Shown: positions 37,267 to 47,717, counted from the stretch's first letter. The stretch: DNA of 64,000 nt from Promethearchaeota archaeon (GCA_048941285.1 JBHLNS010000009.1:1-64000); one strand, 5' to 3'. Numbers and translations are program-made. The notes: generated by a model not told the origin, from the letters alone.

Positions 37267-37943
37267 GTAATAAAATCCCACGAATCAATATTTTCAGCAA
37301 TTTTACCAAGAAAAAACTCTGCAAGATTCTGATTTTTATCTTTTAATAATAAAAATAATTTTGCTAAATGTTTACAAAATTTTTTATTATCAGCTCTCCG
37401 TGTTTCAAAGTCATGGCAGTTATGATGGATAAATTTATCATTAGTGTTAATTTCTATTAGATAAACTTCTTCTTTAGAACCTTGTACCTTTGATTTAATA
37501 ATTCCTTTAGAACAGTCATATTCCAATTTCTCAAATGCAGCATCAGAAACAGATACAGATCTATTTAATGTGCTCTTATCTACAAATGCACTAATTAAAA
37601 CACTAAAATTAGTTGATTCTTTTGAAATATCGTTTTTTAATTGTTTAACTTTATTTTCAGTGTCAATATTTTCTATGATTTCCATTTTTCTTTTTTTTTG
37701 CCACTCAATTAATCTTTTTTTTAAATTCTCAGATAATTTAAGATGGTTGTTATTATCCTTAATAAGCAATTGTTCTTCAATACATTTATTAATAAATGCT
37801 TTAGCTTTTTCTGGGGGTTCAAGAAATAAATCATAGGAAATTCGAAAAAGCAAATCATTGTATGATATAAAAGGGAGATCGATGATTTTCCATATATAAA
37901 ATAACTTCTCTGAAATATTTGTTCTAGGAATTGCGAGATTCAT
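37263..37943 (-). CDS. SWIM-type Zn finger protein
   Basis: VQGSKEEVY..I, HNCHDF...FCKHL. Confidence 0.8.
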   Translation of the reverse strand: MNLAIPRTNISEKLFYIWKIIDLPFISYNDLLFRISYDLFLEPPEKAKAFINKCIEEQLLIKDNNNHLKLSENLKKRLIEWQKKRKMEIIENIDTENKVKQLKNDISKESTNFSVLISAFVDKSTLNRSVSVSDAAFEKLEYDCSKGIIKSKVQGSKEEVYLIEINTNDKFIHHNCHDFETRRADNKKFCKHLAKLFLLLKDKNQNLAEFFLGKIAENIDSWDFIT

Positions 37944-37982
37944 TGTAATTAATTTATGTTTTTTATGATTTAAGAAGAATAA

Positions 37983-39776
37983 TTAAATATTAGTTTTTAA
38001 GTCTAATTGTATACCTTTTAAGGTATCTATTTCAATAATTGAAAGAATTCCTGGAGTAGGATGTAAGCCTAAAGAATTCATAAACTCTGTTTGAGACTGA
38101 AAACATCCAGAATTTACTAACACAACATTATTGTAATAATCCATACCGTTAATATGAATGTGACCTGTATGAAAAATGTCTGGGATCTTATCGATCACAA
38201 GCCAATCTTTACTGGTTGGAGCAATTTGCGTTTTTTTTCCATAAATAGGGGCTAAGTGCCTACATTTTAATAATTCAATCATTGTGTCAACTGGTTTGTT
38301 GTTATCTAAACCTGGGATTAACATGTTTAAATCAAGTATACTATCACCGTGAAAAACTAAAGTGTTTACGTTATGTGTTTGTAGAAGTGCGGGGTTTCCT
38401 ATACATGATACGCCAAAATCTAAAAGTTCTGCAGAATATTTTTTTGGTACCGCAGGTCTTGGAATTGCATTTCTCACTGGTTCGTGATTTCCAGAACTAT
38501 AGAATATTTTAATATATTCTGGGATTCCAGAAAGAAGTTTTGATGCTTTTTTAAACTGATTATGTATATCTGTTATAAGAAGATCATTCTCTTGGGAGGG
38601 ATAGACTCCAATACCATCAACTAAATCACCATTAATTATAATATATTTAATTCTTCCTGCTCGTTCTCTTTGAATTTTGTTTCCGATATCCCCATTCAAG
38701 AATTTTATGAATCTCATCCATAATTTTTCCTCAAATTCTTTACTACCGATATGTGTATCGGAAATTAAAGCGATAGACAATGGATCTGGTGATAAATTGG
38801 GTTTAAAATCTCTTGGAATATCAATTTTAGTTATGTAATTACAATAAATAATTCCACTTTTACCTCTTTCTGCTGGTTTGTATGTTCCTTCAATATAAAC
38901 CATTTGATCATTTACTGTTCTTTCCGCTATTTTTACATTTTCTTGGTTCTCTGAATCTTTCCGTATAATTACATTAATAATGTTGGTAAGATCTTCCAAT
39001 ATTAGAAAAAAGTTTCCACTTTTAGTTTTTCGTATGTCATTGACTAATCCGATTACTGAAACTTCAACACTATTAGCTAGTCTTAATATGTTATTAATAT
39101 TGTTTGCTGAAAGAACATCGGGTCTTTTCTTTATTAGATCCCTTAGTTTATTAAATTTATCTATTGTAAGATTATAAAAATCTTCATAATCTCCACTTGT
39201 ATAAAGCTTACCAGTGGGATCTTTTAAAATATCATAAGAAAATGTATAATCTTTCGCTATAGGTTTATAGGTTAATGATGATTTAGAGCGTTGAAAATTT
39301 GTTCTGGGGAATTTATTATTTTCGACATTTATTTTTGAATTTTTATGATAATTATCTAATATTTCCTCACCATTATTTAATGCCAAATTTTCTTGGATTT
39401 GTAGAGAATATTCAGGGCTTTCATTAGTTTTTTGCCTTATCTTCCCAATTGTTGAGATTTTAAGTTCAGAAGAATGCTCATTTTTAACATCTTGCTTTAA
39501 TTCTGCCTCCTGAATAGTTATTGAATCAATATTTTTAATTAAAACGTTTTTTAATGATTTCTGTGATTGCTTACTTGAAAAATTCTGTAAAATTTCTTCT
39601 GTTAGATGACTATCAAAATTCGGAAGAAAGCTAACATTTTTAATTATTGATTTAACTTTTTTTAATGGATTATCCATATTCAAAAGAATTTCTAAAGTTG
39701 AGGGTGTTATGTTGATTCCAGAATTAACTAATTCTTTGATGATGTTTTCTTTTTCATTTAGGTTATCGTCTTTCAA
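37983..39776 (-). CDS. polD1: DNA polymerase D small subunit DP1 (proofreading exonuclease)
   Basis: OB fold LILEDLT; phosphoesterase motifs SDTHIGS, GDLVDGIGVYP, GNHE, FHG, RHLAP, HTGHIH. Confidence 0.96.
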   Translation of the reverse strand: MKDDNLNEKENIIKELVNSGINITPSTLEILLNMDNPLKKVKSIIKNVSFLPNFDSHLTEEILQNFSSKQSQKSLKNVLIKNIDSITIQEAELKQDVKNEHSSELKISTIGKIRQKTNESPEYSLQIQENLALNNGEEILDNYHKNSKINVENNKFPRTNFQRSKSSLTYKPIAKDYTFSYDILKDPTGKLYTSGDYEDFYNLTIDKFNKLRDLIKKRPDVLSANNINNILRLANSVEVSVIGLVNDIRKTKSGNFFLILEDLTNIINVIIRKDSENQENVKIAERTVNDQMVYIEGTYKPAERGKSGIIYCNYITKIDIPRDFKPNLSPDPLSIALISDTHIGSKEFEEKLWMRFIKFLNGDIGNKIQRERAGRIKYIIINGDLVDGIGVYPSQENDLLITDIHNQFKKASKLLSGIPEYIKIFYSSGNHEPVRNAIPRPAVPKKYSAELLDFGVSCIGNPALLQTHNVNTLVFHGDSILDLNMLIPGLDNNKPVDTMIELLKCRHLAPIYGKKTQIAPTSKDWLVIDKIPDIFHTGHIHINGMDYYNNVVLVNSGCFQSQTEFMNSLGLHPTPGILSIIEIDTLKGIQLDLKTNI

Positions 39777-40017
39777 AGCAATATTCTTTAAAATGGAATT
39801 ACTAATATTAATTGAAGTATAACATTAAATTATTTTTTATTAAAGGAAAAACAAATTTTCTTTTATAAGTAGAGACTGTAGAAAATTAGCATTCTCCCTA
39901 AGTTTATAAAAGAAATAGCTGATTAATAAATGAATTTAATTAAATTCAGAAAAATAAGTATTATAACTCTTATTTTTAATACATTAGTTTTTATTAACTT
40001 TAGAAATAGGGAATTTT

Positions 40018-43000
40018 ATGGTAGATATAAGTAAAACAATGGAATTGTACTTTAATACAATTCAAAAACAAGTTGATAAATGCTATTCAATTGCAGAGCA
40101 CGCCCGCGAAAAAGGACTTGATCCTGAATTAGAAGTAGAGTCTCCTCAGGCAAAAGATTTAGCCGGTAGAGTTGAAAAGCTTGTTGGTCCAAAAGGTGTT
40201 GCAAACATAATAAGAACATTAAAAAAGAAAGGTTTAACAGAAGATGAACTTGTCTTCAAGGTTGTTGCTGATATTTTGGATAATAAAATTGGAAATATTG
40301 AATCTTTAGAAGCCCGAGTTGATAGAGCAATAAGAATTGGATTAGCGATAAAAACTATGGGCGTAGTAAGCGCACCGCTTGAAGGAATCTCTAAGATTTC
40401 AATTAGAAATAACGGATATGGGAGTAATTATTTATCCTTATATTTTGCAGGACCAATTAGAGCTGCAGGAGGAACTACCGCAGCTTTGTGTGTATTAATT
40501 GCAGATTATGTAAGAAGAAAGTCTAAAATTCCTAAATATGAGGCTACTGAAGCAGAAATTGGTAGATATGTAGAAGAAGTAAAACTATATGATCGAAATG
40601 TCCATTTACAATATCCTTCATCAAATAAAGAAATCAGATATGCTGTGGGGCATTTACCAATAGAAATCAACGGAGACGCAACTGAAGATGAAGAAGTTTC
40701 TGCTTTTAGAGATTTACCTCGGATTGAAACAAATCACATAAGAGGTGGAGCATGCCTAGTTTTAAATGACGGTATTCTGCTCAAAGCCCCAAAATTACTT
40801 AAAATTGCCAATGCTATGAATCTGGAAGGCTGGAATTGGCTTGCTGAATTAAAAAAAATTGCTCAAAACCAAGAAAAGGTGGAAAAAAATAAAGAACAAG
40901 ATTTAAAAGAAGAAATTAAAATCCCTCCAAACTCTAAATATGTTGCAGATATTATTGCCGGACGCCCAGTTTTTAGTCACCCCTCTAAAATAGGAGGTCA
41001 TAGAATAAGATATGGAAGGTCTCGAAATACTGGTTTAGCTGCTGCAGGAATCCATCCTGCAACAATGGTTATTTTAGATGAATTTGTAGCAATTGGAACA
41101 CAATTAAGAATTGAACGACCTGGAAAAAGCACAAGTGTATGCCCCGTAGATAGTATTGAACCACCTATTGTTAAATTGAAGAGTGGTGATGTTCTGAAAA
41201 TATCAAATATCAACAAAGCAAAACAAATATTTCCAGAAATTAAAAAAGTATTATTTTTAGGAGATCTTCTATTTGGATATGGTGAATTTACAGAAAATAA
41301 TCACATATTAATACCCTCTGGATATGTAGAGGAATGGTGGGCATTAGAACTAGAAAAATCTATAAAAGATATAGAAATAATAGATAAAAGATCAAAAGCT
41401 TTTATTGAAAACCCATTTGAAAATATTCCTACTCCTGTAGAAGCTATTAAAATTTCAAGAGAATATAATATTCCTTTACATCCTTGTTATTTAGATTTTT
41501 GGGGTAATATAACATTAGAAGATTTGGAATTGCTGAGAAATGCACTTATCAAGAATTTTTCCAACTCTGAACAAAGAATTACGTTAAATTATGAAAAATC
41601 AATTAAAAAAATTCTAGAAAAGGCATTTATCCCTCACAAAATAAAGGATAATAAAATATTACTTAGTTTAAAAAGGAGTTTTATATTTAAAGAAATATTT
41701 AACTTAGAAGACAAAAAAACAATAGAAACAGAAAAAGATGATGATGTTTTTACTTATTTTTTTAAAGTCTCTTCAATTAAAGTCAAAAATAAAGCGCCAT
41801 ACTATATGGGATCACGTATGGGCAGACCAGAAAAGTCAGAAAGGAAAAGTATGAAAGGAATTCATGCATTATTTCCTCTGAGTGATATTGTTGGTAGTTC
41901 AAGATTATTTGAAAAAGCAATGGGATATAGTGCTAGAAAAAATGATAGTAATAATTCAATCTATAAAAAAAAGAAATCTTTCGATTTTGGAAATAAAAAT
42001 AATATTGTAGAAACCGGTAAAGTTAAAATAGAGGTCTGTAGGAAAAAATGCGTTAATTGTGGAACATCAAGTATTTTTAATATATGTCATAACTGTGGAG
42101 GTCATACTGAATTACAGAAAATATGTCCACGATGTAAAATACTTTTTCCCACTTTTGAAGAAAATTGTTCAAGATGTCATGAGCCATTGAAAACTTCAAT
42201 TGAAGCAAAATTTAATATAAGAAAGTATGTAAACTTAACTTTGAAATCACTTAATGTGCCTTTTCCCCCAAAATTTAAAGGTATTATTGGTTTAACGAAT
42301 GAATATAAAGTTCCAGAACCTATAGAGAAAGGAATTCTAAGAGCCAAAAATGATGTTTTAGTTTATAAGACTGCTGAAATAAGATATGACGCTACTGATA
42401 TACCATTAACCCATTTTAAACCATCAGAAATTGATACCTCCATAGAAAAATTAAGAGATATGGGATATGAATTGGATATTAAAGGAAATCCTCTAAATGA
42501 TAAAAATCAGATTTTAGAGTTGAAAGTACAAGATATAGTTCTTTCTGATGATTGTGCTAATTACTTTATTAAAGTTGCTAATTTCTTAGATGATGAATTA
42601 GAGCTATTTTATAAAGAAGATCGTTTCTATAATATTTCAGCTAGAGAAGATCTATTAGGACATTTAGCTGTAGGTTTAGCCCCACATACTAGTGCGGGAA
42701 TAATAGGTAGAATAATTGGATTTACCTCTGCGAGAGCAATATACGCTCATCCATATTGGCATGCCGCGAAAAGACGAAATTGTGATGGGGACGAAGATGG
42801 TGTTATGCTACTCTTAGATCCTCTATTGAATTTCTCAAGGCATTATCTTCCAAGCAAAATTGGTGGAAGAATGGATGCAACTTTAGTTATAGGTACTAAA
42901 ATAGATCCCAATGAAATTGATGTTGAATCCCACAATTTAGATACTTTAGATCGATATCCATTAGAGTTCTATGAAGCAACAGAACGATACGCTCTACCAT

Positions 43001-43539
43001 CTGAGATAGAAGCGCTAATGAGCCTGGTTAAAAGTTGTTTGGGAACATTTAGACAATATGAAAACATCGGATTCAATATCCCAACAAGCAATATTAATGA
43101 GGGCCCAATAACAACAGCCTATAAATTATATGAGACAATGGATGAAAAAATTGAAGCACAACTTAATTTGGCAAAACTTATTAAAGCTGTAGAAGCAAAA
43201 AAGGTAGCTGAAAAAATTTTAACTACCCATTTCAACCCAGATATACTAGGAAATTTGAGAAAATTTGCCATTCAGAGTTTTCGATGTGTTAAGTGTAATG
43301 AAAAATTCAGACGTCCGCCTTTATTGAACAGTGGAAAATGTCCTAAATGTGGAAATAGAATTATCCTGACAGTAAATCGTGGAGGTATTGAAAAATATAT
43401 ACCTCGTGCTTTGAAAATTTGTAACGATTTTAATTTGGACAATTACACCAAGCAAAGAATGGAATTAATTGAGGAGTATGTAGAAAGCCTAACAAATAAC
43501 CCAAAAATTAAACAGCATAAGTTATCTGACTTCTTTTAA
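40018..43539 (+). CDS. polD2: DNA polymerase D large subunit DP2
   Basis: GVVSAPLEG, YFAGPIRAAGGT, RYGRSRNTG, RMGRPEK, HAAKRRNCDGDED, GGRMDA; no intein. Confidence 0.97.
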   Translation: MVDISKTMELYFNTIQKQVDKCYSIAEHAREKGLDPELEVESPQAKDLAGRVEKLVGPKGVANIIRTLKKKGLTEDELVFKVVADILDNKIGNIESLEARVDRAIRIGLAIKTMGVVSAPLEGISKISIRNNGYGSNYLSLYFAGPIRAAGGTTAALCVLIADYVRRKSKIPKYEATEAEIGRYVEEVKLYDRNVHLQYPSSNKEIRYAVGHLPIEINGDATEDEEVSAFRDLPRIETNHIRGGACLVLNDGILLKAPKLLKIANAMNLEGWNWLAELKKIAQNQEKVEKNKEQDLKEEIKIPPNSKYVADIIAGRPVFSHPSKIGGHRIRYGRSRNTGLAAAGIHPATMVILDEFVAIGTQLRIERPGKSTSVCPVDSIEPPIVKLKSGDVLKISNINKAKQIFPEIKKVLFLGDLLFGYGEFTENNHILIPSGYVEEWWALELEKSIKDIEIIDKRSKAFIENPFENIPTPVEAIKISREYNIPLHPCYLDFWGNITLEDLELLRNALIKNFSNSEQRITLNYEKSIKKILEKAFIPHKIKDNKILLSLKRSFIFKEIFNLEDKKTIETEKDDDVFTYFFKVSSIKVKNKAPYYMGSRMGRPEKSERKSMKGIHALFPLSDIVGSSRLFEKAMGYSARKNDSNNSIYKKKKSFDFGNKNNIVETGKVKIEVCRKKCVNCGTSSIFNICHNCGGHTELQKICPRCKILFPTFEENCSRCHEPLKTSIEAKFNIRKYVNLTLKSLNVPFPPKFKGIIGLTNEYKVPEPIEKGILRAKNDVLVYKTAEIRYDATDIPLTHFKPSEIDTSIEKLRDMGYELDIKGNPLNDKNQILELKVQDIVLSDDCANYFIKVANFLDDELELFYKEDRFYNISAREDLLGHLAVGLAPHTSAGIIGRIIGFTSARAIYAHPYWHAAKRRNCDGDEDGVMLLLDPLLNFSRHYLPSKIGGRMDATLVIGTKIDPNEIDVESHNLDTLDRYPLEFYEATERYALPSEIEALMSLVKSCLGTFRQYENIGFNIPTSNINEGPITTAYKLYETMDEKIEAQLNLAKLIKAVEAKKVAEKILTTHFNPDILGNLRKFAIQSFRCVKCNEKFRRPPLLNSGKCPKCGNRIILTVNRGGIEKYIPRALKICNDFNLDNYTKQRMELIEEYVESLTNNPKIKQHKLSDFF

Positions 43540-44746
43540 CTCCCTCTTTTCTTATATCAATACTTCTTAAAGCTTGATGACAAATATTAATGCAACCGTT
43601 TAAGGCTTCCAAAGAACATTTATCAGGAGTATCTTTTATTGAATGGATATATTTCGAATCTGCACTTGAATGAAAACAGCTTACTTGAAATTTACTATTA
43701 GTTTTTTTAGCATATTTTTGAAATGATTTATAATCACTATTAGGTTTAATAGCTTTATTATAAATTTTTAATGGAATATTCAATTGATTTGCTGTTGCCC
43801 CAAATATATCATTTAGACTTTTATTCGTTTTTCTTCTAAAAATTATTCCAGATTTATTTAAAAGACCTATATAAGAACCTACCATATCGATATTAATATT
43901 AAATGAATTATCAAGATCATAAATTTTTTTCAGACTTTTGAAATGAGTTTTACAAAACCTTCTTGAGCCCTTTAGCCCCCATTCTTCAGCTCCAGGCCAT
44001 AAAATCAAAACATCCATATTATTGAGCGGATTTTTTTTTAAAATCTTTGCTAATTCAAGTGAAATAGCTATTCCACTCGCATTATCAACTGATCCTGATG
44101 ATGGGCGTTCTCTAAAAACTAAATATAAGATTGGGATTGATAAAAACACTCCTCCAATTGATGAGAAACTTATAAAGATTATTAAAAGATTAGACAGAGA
44201 GAGACGAATTAATGCGAAAAAATCAAAAAGAAAGATAGCTATAAAGACTACAAAAACTATAATATAAAAAACTACAATTAATCTATAAATGAAAAAAATA
44301 ATTACTTGCAACCTATATGGAATATTTGCAGAAATTGAATCATAATGGGCAGATATAATTACTAATGGTCTTTCTGGTGTTTTTTCTTTAGCTTTAATTA
44401 ATGCGAAGATGTTTTTGGATTCTTCACTCTTTATGAAACTAACTTCGCGAAAATTAGCAAACGAATATTTTAAAATAAAATAAGCGACAACAATTAAAAT
44501 CATGCGAAAAAGTATTAGATTGATTATTATAAGAAGATAACTTGTTCTCATAAGTATTTTTAAAGGACCTGTCCAATCAAAATGTTCGACTTCGGGAGTA
44601 ATATTATTTTCTATTAATTCTTTCTCTATATAGTTTAATGCTTCAGTTTCTCCAACAGATGAAGCTGTACGATTAAAGGCTAAAGATTTTATGTGTTCCA
44701 TAGCATTTGGCTCATCATACAATTGTAAATTTGAAATAGGCATCAC
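43508..44746 (-). CDS. Membrane-embedded M28-family metallopeptidase
   Basis: SAHYDS, GSVDNASG, GAEEWGLKGS, NIDMVG, SDY, IHSIKD; inserted TM helices. Confidence 0.88.
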   Translation of the reverse strand: MMPISNLQLYDEPNAMEHIKSLAFNRTASSVGETEALNYIEKELIENNITPEVEHFDWTGPLKILMRTSYLLIIINLILFRMILIVVAYFILKYSFANFREVSFIKSEESKNIFALIKAKEKTPERPLVIISAHYDSISANIPYRLQVIIFFIYRLIVVFYIIVFVVFIAIFLFDFFALIRLSLSNLLIIFISFSSIGGVFLSIPILYLVFRERPSSGSVDNASGIAISLELAKILKKNPLNNMDVLILWPGAEEWGLKGSRRFCKTHFKSLKKIYDLDNSFNINIDMVGSYIGLLNKSGIIFRRKTNKSLNDIFGATANQLNIPLKIYNKAIKPNSDYKSFQKYAKKTNSKFQVSCFHSSADSKYIHSIKDTPDKCSLEALNGCINICHQALRSIDIRKEGVKRSQITYAV

Positions 44747-44975
44747 TTATTTAATTTATTATGTGTTCTTATAATTCAATAATAAATAGAATTATAACAA
44801 ATATAAATGCTCATATTATAGAATTTGAACTAATCAAAATATTAAGTTAGGTAATCTATATCGAAAAAATTAAATGTTTTATATCTATAAATGTATTTTA
44901 TGATAATTAGGTTAGAATATGGCATTTTTATATTTCATCCACAATTTATTGAGATTTATTTGCCTAAAATTAGTG

Positions 44976-45148
44976 TGCAGGAGGTGGGATTCGAACCCAC
45001 GAATTTAGGTCGAGGAAGCAATTCCTTCGAAGACCTATGTCACTAGAGCCTCAGTTACGCCATAAACGTATTATTACGTAGTATTCTAGCGCCGTAGACC
45101 AGGCTTAGCCATAAACGTATTATTACGTTGTATTTTGGCAACTCCTGC
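44976..45148 (-). tRNA. tRNA-Leu(GAG) with three BHB introns (45105-45134, 45056-45085, 45004-45031)
   Basis: Removing 30+30+28 nt gives an 85-nt tRNA: acceptor GCAGGAG/CTCCTGC, anticodon arm CTAGA-CTGAGGC-TCTAG, variable arm GAC-ATAG-GTC, T-arm GTGGG-TTCGAAT-CCCAC. Confidence 0.9.
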
Positions 45149-45380
45149 ATTATGAAAAAAATTGTAATCCAATAATTTAGAGTTTATGAATTAAGATAAT
45201 GAATTTAATTTTTAAAATTTTTTTCCTTTAAGATTAATTTATTAAATTCGAACTTTAAATTTTAAGGCTTTCTAACGTTTTCGTTTTCTATAAATTTTTA
45301 TAACGAACGTATTATATACAATAATATATTTCAGTTATTTAGTAATACAGTTGCAACCAAAGTAAAAAGGATGTGAGCTA

Positions 45381-46394
45381 TTGTCGGTCGATCGAAAAAA
45401 ACTTGAAGCGCTACTTAAATGGTATAAGCAAGAGATTGGAGAAAACTTAATCGCGACTCTTATTGTGAATAGAGAAGGGTTGGTAATGTCTGCATTAAAA
45501 GGATCTTCTGATACGGAGGTAGAAGAAGATGTTATAGCAGGTGTAAGTGCACTTGTAGAACCTGTTCTGACTAGAATTACAGAAGAATTTAGTTCTGGTT
45601 CTTTTGGAACAGGAACTTTTGACACAGAAGAGCAAAGGTTTATTTTTTGTGAAGCTGGCCCCGAAGCAATTTTTGTGACTGTATTGAAAGCTGTTGCTAT
45701 GGTAGATCCTGTATTTCCCTATGCGTATTTAGCTGCTGAGAAGATTGCGAGAATATTTGATGGGAGATCAGTAAGTCCGGTAATTCCTAAATTGATCACA
45801 GAGAAAGAATCACAAAATATTCAAAGAAAAATAGACAGCCTACAAAAAATTAAGATCAAATCTGGAGAATATGCGTTTAAGCTTATACTTGGCGGAGAGG
45901 GTGGAGTTGGAAAGACTAGTATGGTTCATCGATTCGTAGAAGATTCATTTCAGGTTGACTATAAATCTACAATTGGCACGTCAATAATGAAAAAGGAATG
46001 TGATTTTCAAGGATTAGAGTCAAAAGTTCGTTTTGTAATCTGGGATTTAGCTGGACAAGCACAATTTAAACGAGTGAGACAGACGTATGTTGCAAATGCT
46101 GAAGCAGGTATTTTAGTCTATGACGTTACTCGTAAAGATACTTTGGATAGTTTAGAAAATTGGTTTAATGAGATTAAAAGTGTTTCACCAACAATATCAA
46201 TGATTCTCGTTGGAAATAAGATAGACCTTGAGAATGATCGTGTTATATCCTCTGAACAAGGCGAAAGGATCGCAGAAAAATTAAATCTTTCATATATTGA
46301 AACATCGGCTAAAACTGGTGAAAATATTAATGATGCTTTTAAAATGCTTGCATTACAAATGATTAAACGTTATGTATTTACAGAAGAAGTATGA
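45381..46394 (+). CDS. Roadblock/LC7 domain fused to a Rab-like small GTPase
   Basis: N-terminal LIVNREGLVMSAL roadblock pattern; G1 GEGGVGKT, G2 YKSTIG, G3 WDLAGQ, G4 NKID, G5 ETSAK; no C-terminal Cys. Confidence 0.9.
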   Translation: MSVDRKKLEALLKWYKQEIGENLIATLIVNREGLVMSALKGSSDTEVEEDVIAGVSALVEPVLTRITEEFSSGSFGTGTFDTEEQRFIFCEAGPEAIFVTVLKAVAMVDPVFPYAYLAAEKIARIFDGRSVSPVIPKLITEKESQNIQRKIDSLQKIKIKSGEYAFKLILGGEGGVGKTSMVHRFVEDSFQVDYKSTIGTSIMKKECDFQGLESKVRFVIWDLAGQAQFKRVRQTYVANAEAGILVYDVTRKDTLDSLENWFNEIKSVSPTISMILVGNKIDLENDRVISSEQGERIAEKLNLSYIETSAKTGENINDAFKMLALQMIKRYVFTEEV

Positions 46395-46398
46395 GTAG

Positions 46399-46499
46399 AG
46401 CCTCTGGGGGGATTTGAACCCCCGACCTACGGATTACGAATCCTTAACATTTCATTCAACACGAAATAAAATGTTGCTCAACCGCTAAGCTACAGAGGC
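46399..46499 (-). tRNA. tRNA-Thr(CGT) with a 29-nt BHB intron at 28/29 (46444-46472)
   Basis: Acceptor GCCTCTG/CAGAGGC; spliced anticodon arm ACGGA-TTCGTAA-TCCGT; T-loop TTCAAAT; BHB central helix AGCA/UGUU. Confidence 0.9.
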
Positions 46500-46566
46500 A
46501 AAGGCAATGTAATAATACAAGTTTATTCAAAAATCATAATTGTAAAGAAATTTTAAAGTTTATTTT

Positions 46567-47592
46567 ATGAAAAATAATATTTACTTGGGAGATATTGGAG
46601 AAATTAAGTTAATTAAATTAGTCGAACAACAAATTTTAAAAAAGACTGGTAAAGAGTTAATAATTGATGATTCTTTTTTTTTTGATGTTAACGATAAGAA
46701 ACCAGGTATTAAAATAGTCCTAAATTCTGATATGTTAGTATCTACAACCGATGTACCTACTCTTATGAATTCTTATCAGATCGGTAGAAAATCTGTGATA
46801 ATGAATGTTAGTGATTTAATTGTTAAAGGTGTTAAACCAGAAGGCATAATCATTTCTTTTGGCTTACCAAAGGAACTTGAAAAAAAATCATTCATAGATA
46901 TCGTAAATGGAATCATAGATTGCGGTATAGAATTCGATCTGGATTATATAGGAGGAGATATTAATGAAACAAAAGAACTAATAATAAATCCTACTGTTTT
47001 CGGCTTTAAACACCCCTCAGAAATAATCTATAGAAAAGGTATTAAAGTAGGAGATATTTTGGTTGCTAATAACAAGTTTGGATTAACAGGTGTAGGATTT
47101 AATATTCTCCTAAAAAAGAAAGGAGGTCTCAATGATTTTCCTTATTATAAAAGAGCAATAATGAGTGTTCTAGAACCAGTAATCTCAGCTAGGGAAGCAT
47201 TTACGTTAGCACAAAAAGATTTAGCAACTTCTAGTATAGATTCTTCTGATGGGCTCTATAAATCTTTAAAAGATCTAATGATTTCTAATCCAAATCTTGG
47301 ATTTGAAGTTGAATTTAATGATAATTTAATTGATGAGGAAGCAATTAATTATTCAAAAGAATATAATGTTTCTTTGGAAGAATTAGTTTTAAATGGGGGG
47401 GAAGAATTTATACATTTATTTACAATAAATCCTGAAGATTTCAAACAGGCCCAAAAAGAAATCCGATCGGCGAGAGGAAATATTTTTAAAATCGGAAAAG
47501 TTATTTCAGAGGATTATATTTCTATTTCTAAGGAGGGAGAAAAAAAAGAGATAAGTAATTATGGATTTGAACATTTCATTAAAAGGGTTTAA
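46567..47592 (+). CDS. thiL: Thiamine-monophosphate kinase
   Basis: GEIKLI, IDDS, SDML, GRKSVIMNVSDL, IGGD, SIDSSDGL, GGEEF. Confidence 0.9.
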   Translation: MKNNIYLGDIGEIKLIKLVEQQILKKTGKELIIDDSFFFDVNDKKPGIKIVLNSDMLVSTTDVPTLMNSYQIGRKSVIMNVSDLIVKGVKPEGIIISFGLPKELEKKSFIDIVNGIIDCGIEFDLDYIGGDINETKELIINPTVFGFKHPSEIIYRKGIKVGDILVANNKFGLTGVGFNILLKKKGGLNDFPYYKRAIMSVLEPVISAREAFTLAQKDLATSSIDSSDGLYKSLKDLMISNPNLGFEVEFNDNLIDEEAINYSKEYNVSLEELVLNGGEEFIHLFTINPEDFKQAQKEIRSARGNIFKIGKVISEDYISISKEGEKKEISNYGFEHFIKRV

Positions 47593-47717
47593 ATAGTGAC
47601 AGAATTAATGAAAATAATTTACATTTGGACGAAAGGAACTGATTTAGATAAAATTTTTATATTATTATAGATTTATACTCATACTATTTAAGCTTAAACA
47701 TTTAAAAAATTCTTGAT

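Noticed and set aside
40018-43539. Inteins in DP2 (also checked in Cdc6, RtcB and Rpo2)
   Set aside because: Lengths are normal and motifs such as KRRNCDGDED are uninterrupted.
45056-45134. Direct repeat resembling a mini CRISPR array
   Set aside because: Only two copies, fully explained as duplicated tRNA introns; no cas genes in the window.
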